From: an uncultured bacterium
GTDB lineage: Bacteria > Patescibacteriota > Minisyncoccia > Phycocordibacterales > DATDWN01
DNA: 64,000 bases
Direction of reading: 5' to 3'
Assembly: GCA_963727715.1 (NCBI GenBank)
Contig: CAVSGX010000007.1
Coordinates: 36,688-100,687, forward strand
The translations under genes and the position numbers were made by a program. Position 1 is the first letter of the stretch. Every line of letters starts with the position of its first letter. The notes under the pieces were generated by a model. That model was given only the letters and a program-made list of their open reading frames with translations, was not told the origin of the DNA and searched no databases. Of the stretch, positions 59,973-64,000 are shown piece by piece.

Positions 59973-61025
59973 CTACAAAAATCTCTTTATAAAAGTTTTT
60001 GTCTTTCTGGCACGACAATGAGATATTGTCCCCAAATATGAAGTCAAAACACTTTTCAGGTTTTCTTCTGATACTAAGCCTTTTTCAAACTGTTTTCTTA
60101 TTATTTTTATTTTCCTGACAATTCTCCTTTTTGTCCGTGTCCGCAAAACAACCATATGTGACAAAATAACATAACCCAAAAAATCAATTCCTCGTTGTAT
60201 TGGCCGAATTTCAACTTTTTTCGGGTGAAGATCCAATAATAAATTTTCGTGCAAAAAATTCCCGATTTTTTTCATAATTTCAAAAAGAAAATCTCTGTTT
60301 TTATGAATAATAATAAAATCGTCGCAATATCTGAAATAATATTTCAATTTCAGTTGGTGTTTTACAAACTGATCCAGCTTATCTAGATAAATATTTGCAA
60401 ACAGCTGGCTGGTCACATTGCCGAGTGGCAAACCCTTATCTTTTTCTTTCTCAAAACTTTTGAAAAGCATACTAACAAGCCACATTGTTTCTTGACATTG
60501 CACCTTTTTCTCAATTAAATTTCGTAAAATAGAATGATCAATGCAATCAAAAAATTTCCTGACATCGCATTTTAAAACATATGTTTTGATTTTCCAATTT
60601 TTGCTGACTTTGCGACAAGCTTTGTATGTTCTCTTTACACCAAGATGTGTCCCGCGCAATTTTCGAGATGAATACGAATCATAAATAAAATGTTTGTTAA
60701 AAATCGGATACAAAATCTGAAAAACTGCTTGATGGATAACTCTGTCGCGCACGGATGCTTTATGTATGTGCCGTCGTTTCGGGTCGGATATGTAAAAATC
60801 GACGTATTTGTCGTGCCGATATTTTTTTGAAATCAAATCTTCGTGCAATTGAAAAATATTTTCTTCCAAATGTAGTTCAAATTCACCAACACCTTTTTTA
60901 TTTTTCTTTCCTCTTTTAAATTCGTTCCAGGCTTTGAGCAAATTTGATATACTTGAAATATTATGAAACAGATTTTCAATAATGTGTCCCCCCCCCGCGC
61001 GCGGTAACAGTGATATTTCCATCAT
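59973..61025 (-). CDS. Diversity-generating retroelement (DGR) reverse transcriptase
   Basis: RT motifs 1-7 with catalytic YCDD (FRYCDDFII). Motif 4 reads LGNVTSQ, i.e. LGxxxSQ, the DGR-specific variant of QGxxxSP. By recollection, the N-terminal half aligns closely with Bordetella phage Brt (NLLKAWNEFKRGKK..., DRVIHQAVFQILYPIFNKHFIYDSYSSRKLRGTHLGV). No maturase or endonuclease domain. Confidence 0.9.
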   Translation of the reverse strand: MMEISLLPRAGGGHIIENLFHNISSISNLLKAWNEFKRGKKNKKGVGEFELHLEENIFQLHEDLISKKYRHDKYVDFYISDPKRRHIHKASVRDRVIHQAVFQILYPIFNKHFIYDSYSSRKLRGTHLGVKRTYKACRKVSKNWKIKTYVLKCDVRKFFDCIDHSILRNLIEKKVQCQETMWLVSMLFKSFEKEKDKGLPLGNVTSQLFANIYLDKLDQFVKHQLKLKYYFRYCDDFIIIHKNRDFLFEIMKKIGNFLHENLLLDLHPKKVEIRPIQRGIDFLGYVILSHMVVLRTRTKRRIVRKIKIIRKQFEKGLVSEENLKSVLTSYLGTISHCRARKTKTFIKRFL

Positions 61026-61371
61026 TCATAATATAAAACAAGTATACATTGTTATTTATCAGACTGGCAAAAAACTTTCCAAATCCGACAAACTCGGTAT
61101 CCACACCCACTGCGAACAAATCACACGAGACATATTGCAAAAATTTATCACAGCCAAATTTTCTCCAACGAATAAAAAGTTGGAAGTGTTGGAAGGTGCG
61201 CGTATATTACTTGAAGTCTTGAAACACTTTATTCGGACAGAATATGAATTGAAAATTATTGACGAAAAAACATATATCAAAATTGGGATGCTCGTGGTTG
61301 AGAATTCAAAAATGACAAATGGTTGGATAAAATATATTCAAAATCCACACCCACAAAAAACTCCGGCCTAA
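60982..61371 (+). CDS. Avd-like four-helix-bundle protein (DGR accessory variability determinant homolog)
   Basis: 129 aa. Matches the four-helix-bundle / 23S-rRNA-IVS-protein family pattern (KLSKSDKLGIHTHCEQITRDILQ...LEGARILLEVL...EYELKIIDEKTYIKIGMLVVENSKMTNGWIKY). Divergent from the RT and overlaps its first ~15 codons. Confidence 0.7.
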   Translation: MCPPPARGNSDISIIHNIKQVYIVIYQTGKKLSKSDKLGIHTHCEQITRDILQKFITAKFSPTNKKLEVLEGARILLEVLKHFIRTEYELKIIDEKTYIKIGMLVVENSKMTNGWIKYIQNPHPQKTPA

Positions 61372-61397
61372 ACCGGAATATTTTGAAAAACTTCTGA

Positions 61398-61510
61398 ACG
61401 AAGACCATTCGTCGGGTTGGAGTTGTCCAGACTGTACCGGTTCACCTTCACCTTACCAGTGTTCGGATTGAAGTACACGTTCGGGATGTCGCCGTCGGAA
61501 TTGCGAGAAC
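61398..61510 (-). repeat. DGR template repeat (TR)
   Basis: 113-bp near-identical copy of the target gene's 3' end. Relative to the VR, it has A (minus strand) at every one of ~11 mismatched positions. Confidence 0.85.
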
Positions 61511-61757
61511 AGTCTTTTTGTGAATATTCGTCCGTAAAATTTGAACTTGATTAATTTTCAAGCAAATTTTTTCACCGAGCTTCTGTTTCCAAAAACTCTG
61601 GGTTATCCATCACCGTCGGTGAGCATTGTGTTGCATCTTAACGCATAGAGTAATCTATGCATAAATATTCACAAGCAGTTTTTTATGTTGGCAAACTATC
61701 ATCAAACTTTTTGAAAAGTTAGACTAGCTTAACAGCCATTTTCAGTATACAAAAACA

Positions 61758-61787
61758 CCCCTCACCAATGCAAGCATTGGTGAGGGG
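61758..61787. promoter_or_regulatory. 14-bp-stem GC-rich hairpin ~40 nt downstream of the VR (DGR target-recognition hairpin and/or target-gene terminator)
   Basis: cccctcaccaatgc-aa-gcattggtgagggg. On the minus strand it is followed by tgttttt. Confidence 0.6.
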
Positions 61788-61825
61788 TAGAAGAGAAAAA
61801 GTAAAAAGGTTAAAGGGAAACTGCT

Positions 61826-62554
61826 TCACGAAGACCATTCGTCGGGATGGAGTAGTCCAGACTGTACCGGTTCACCTTCACCTCGACCAGCGCACGGATA
61901 GAAGTACACGAACGGGATGTCGCCGTCGGAATAGCGAGAACCGGCACAGAACGTGATACCCTTTTCATCGAGATGTTTTCCTGTCTCGACAAAATACTTG
62001 AGCCCAAGCACCATTCTTTCGAGCAAAGTCATGCCGACCTTGCCAGTCGGGTCGGCCTGACGGGTAGATTGACCGAGATACTTCTCGTCCGGTTCCACAC
62101 CGTCGCGAACCCAGATAGCGTAGCTCGTGGCCGAGGTCCGAGTGTTGACTGTCACACTCGCGTCCAAGTCCTCGACGTATGTCCAGACCTTGAACTTGGC
62201 CCGCATAACTGCGAGTGTTTGGTTCATTGTGAGCCCCGCCCAAATGAAAACGAGACGCCACGAACCCTCAGTTGGCTTTCCCGGGATCCTCACCGTCGAG
62301 AAGTCGGCATAGATCTTGAAGAGGTCAAGATAGAACTTCTCCCACTCGGCACGAGTATCGGCGAATTCGTCGATTGCGATTTCGAACACTTCCTGTAATT
62401 TGCGTCGCAGAACAGTGTCCTTGTGCGTGAGCAGGTTCTGTACCTGCTCGAACGAAAGTTTCGCCAACACGCCGGCGACGAAGCTGGCGAGAGCGAGAAG
62501 CATCTCCACTGTTGGCCTCTTGGCCATGGAGGTTTGTCCTGTCTTATGTGACAT
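61826..62554 (-). CDS. DGR target (variable) protein; C-terminal ~38 aa encoded by the variable repeat
   Basis: GC-rich ORF. Start reassigned to MSHKTGQT, preceded by the SD aagagga and a TTGACA-N17-TATAAT promoter. The C-terminus ...CAGSRYSDGDIPFVYFYPCAGRGEGEPVQSGLLHPDEWSS is encoded by the VR. TR codons AAT/AAC correspond to TAT/TTC/TGC/TAC/ATC in the VR. Confidence 0.8.
   Translation of the reverse strand: MSHKTGQTSMAKRPTVEMLLALASFVAGVLAKLSFEQVQNLLTHKDTVLRRKLQEVFEIAIDEFADTRAEWEKFYLDLFKIYADFSTVRIPGKPTEGSWRLVFIWAGLTMNQTLAVMRAKFKVWTYVEDLDASVTVNTRTSATSYAIWVRDGVEPDEKYLGQSTRQADPTGKVGMTLLERMVLGLKYFVETGKHLDEKGITFCAGSRYSDGDIPFVYFYPCAGRGEGEPVQSGLLHPDEWSS
61828..61941 (-). repeat. DGR variable repeat (VR) at the 3' end of the target gene
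   Basis: Aligned to the TR by eye: ~11 substitutions, all at TR adenines, plus a 1-nt indel. The shared 3' end cccgacgaatggtcttcg is IMH-like. Confidence 0.85.
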
Positions 62555-62659
62555 TTTGTTCCTCTTTTTTTGTTTGTATGCCGACCATCTCTGATTCAGG
62601 TCAGCAGATTGTGAAGAAACGAAAAATGACGCTATCAAACGCCATTTGAAATCTGGCTA

Positions 62660-62688
62660 CATTATACACCTAACTAAATTTCCTGTCA
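62660..62688 (-). promoter_or_regulatory. Promoter of the DGR target gene (TTGACA-N17-TATAAT on the minus strand)
   Basis: Reverse complement reads cttgacaggaaatttagttaggtgtataatg. Confidence 0.55.
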
Positions 62689-62709
62689 AGTAGTTAAAGA
62701 ATCTATATT

Positions 62710-64000
62710 TTAAGCCATTTTATACTTAACTTCCCCCTTCCTCTCGGCAATATCAATCGGATATTTGCCGGTAAAGCATGATGTGCAAAAAGATGATTCC
62801 GACAAACCGGTTGATTCAATCATTCCTTTGTAGGACAAAAAGTGAAGTGAAGTAGCCCCGAGATATTTTTTCATCTGGGCTACGGTCTTGCCATGCGCCA
62901 AAAGTTTCTTCTGGTCCGGCAAATCAATGCCGTAAAAATCCGGAAACTTCACGGGTGGTGAACTGACCAGAAAATGCACCTCGCGCGCTCCGGTTTCAAA
63001 AAGAATTTTGACGATTTGGCGCGATGTCGTTCCACGAACGATGGAGTCGTCGACGACAATCACCCTTTTACCTTTTATCACTTTATCCAGTGGTGCAAGT
63101 TTGAGCTTCACCCCCTGATCGCGAATATGCTGTTCCGGCTCGATGAATGTGCGATGAATGTAACGACTCTTGATAAGTCCCATTTCAAACGGAATGCCCG
63201 ACGCGTTAGCCAAACCTGTCGCTACAGGTATTGCCGTCTCCGGCACTGGTATTATTACATCAGCTTTGATTTTATTTTCTTGCGAGAGCCTCTGGCCGAA
63301 TTTTTTTCGCACATCATAGACAGACTGCCCGAGCAATATAGAATCCGGTCGCGAAAAATAAACAAATTCAAAAATGTCCAGTTTCTGCTCGCCCGGCGCA
63401 ATCTGCTCGCTATGCAAACCTTTCTCATCCACCACCACCATCTCGCCCGGTCGAACAGCGCGAATAAATTTGGCGCCGATCGGATGCAGAGCGCAGGTTT
63501 CGGAGGAAAAAATAAATCCACCATTGAGCTTGCCGATGGAAAGCGGACGAATGCCAAATGAATCGCGCAAGGCAATTAATTTTCTTCTGGTCATTATCAA
63601 AAGCGAGAAAGCGCCGGTGAAAAGCGGGAAAATTTCTCGCACCGTTTGTTCAATTTCCATCCCCTCTTTTAGCAAACAATGCAAAGCTTCGGTCATCAGT
63701 GTTGAATCGGACAAACCAGCGGTTTTCACTTTTTTCTTTTTTAAAAACTCCTCAAGTTTTTTGGTACTTGGCAAGTTGCCGTTGTGAGCCAAAACTATCG
63801 TGCCGTCAGAAACCTCGATAGGTTGAGCGTGTTCCACACCCGTGCCGGACGATGTCGAGTAACGATTATGCCCGATGGCAATGTGACCGGATAATGATTC
63901 AATTATTTTTTCGTTGAAAACTTGCGAAACCAATCCGGTATTTTTGTGACAAGAAATTTTCTTACCATCGCTTGTGGCAATGCCCGAACTCTCCTGCCCG
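62710..64000 (-). CDS. purF: Amidophosphoribosyltransferase, N-terminus beyond the window
   Basis: Gn-AT class II domain and PRTase domain (RVIVVDDSIVRGTTSRQIV). The reading frame continues open to position 64000. Confidence 0.85.
   Translation of the reverse strand, partial: GQESSGIATSDGKKISCHKNTGLVSQVFNEKIIESLSGHIAIGHNRYSTSSGTGVEHAQPIEVSDGTIVLAHNGNLPSTKKLEEFLKKKKVKTAGLSDSTLMTEALHCLLKEGMEIEQTVREIFPLFTGAFSLLIMTRRKLIALRDSFGIRPLSIGKLNGGFIFSSETCALHPIGAKFIRAVRPGEMVVVDEKGLHSEQIAPGEQKLDIFEFVYFSRPDSILLGQSVYDVRKKFGQRLSQENKIKADVIIPVPETAIPVATGLANASGIPFEMGLIKSRYIHRTFIEPEQHIRDQGVKLKLAPLDKVIKGKRVIVVDDSIVRGTTSRQIVKILFETGAREVHFLVSSPPVKFPDFYGIDLPDQKKLLAHGKTVAQMKKYLGATSLHFLSYKGMIESTGLSESSFCTSCFTGKYPIDIAERKGEVKYKMA

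Noticed and set aside
61059-61280. 73-aa minus-strand ORF between the RT and the TR as an alternative avd
   Set aside because: Low-complexity nonsense translation. The plus-strand frame has the clear four-helix-bundle sequence.
60982-61371. Alternative reading of the 129-aa ORF as a 23S rRNA intervening-sequence protein unrelated to the DGR
   Set aside because: There is no rRNA gene nearby. The ORF sits between the DGR RT and the TR, where Avd genes lie, and Avd belongs to the same four-helix-bundle fold family.

Overview
This is a roughly 38% GC, compact, CPR/Patescibacteria-like bacterial chromosome segment, densely punctuated by mobile and repetitive DNA. Housekeeping genes found: rpmA, rplI, rplU, cysS, dnaB, recR, groES-groEL, secG, RNase J, pyrD, a purF fragment, and a cluster of five tRNAs. 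Mobile or repeat content: a GC-rich IS110-like insertion, an IS30 element, and three families of palindromic intergenic repeats. Two are MITE-like and one occurs four times just upstream of start codons. Accessory loci include two MacAB-like tripartite ABC efflux loci, one under an ECF sigma/anti-sigma pair. There is also a GH130/cupin/HAD mannoside cluster, a GT4/GT2 glycosylation cluster, and two paralogous promoter-leader-orphan-ORF-terminator cassettes, one of them split by IS30. The standout is a complete diversity-generating retroelement (DGR) at 59.97-62.55 kb. It has a reverse transcriptase carrying the DGR-diagnostic LGxxxSQ motif and a divergently encoded Avd-like four-helix-bundle protein. 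It has a 113-bp template repeat. Its target gene's C-terminal variable repeat differs from the template only at template adenines. A C9 tract sits in the overlapping RT/avd starts. Several essential genes (groEL, cysS, one MacB permease) carry single-nucleotide frameshifts. These are either consensus indel errors or real pseudogenisation.
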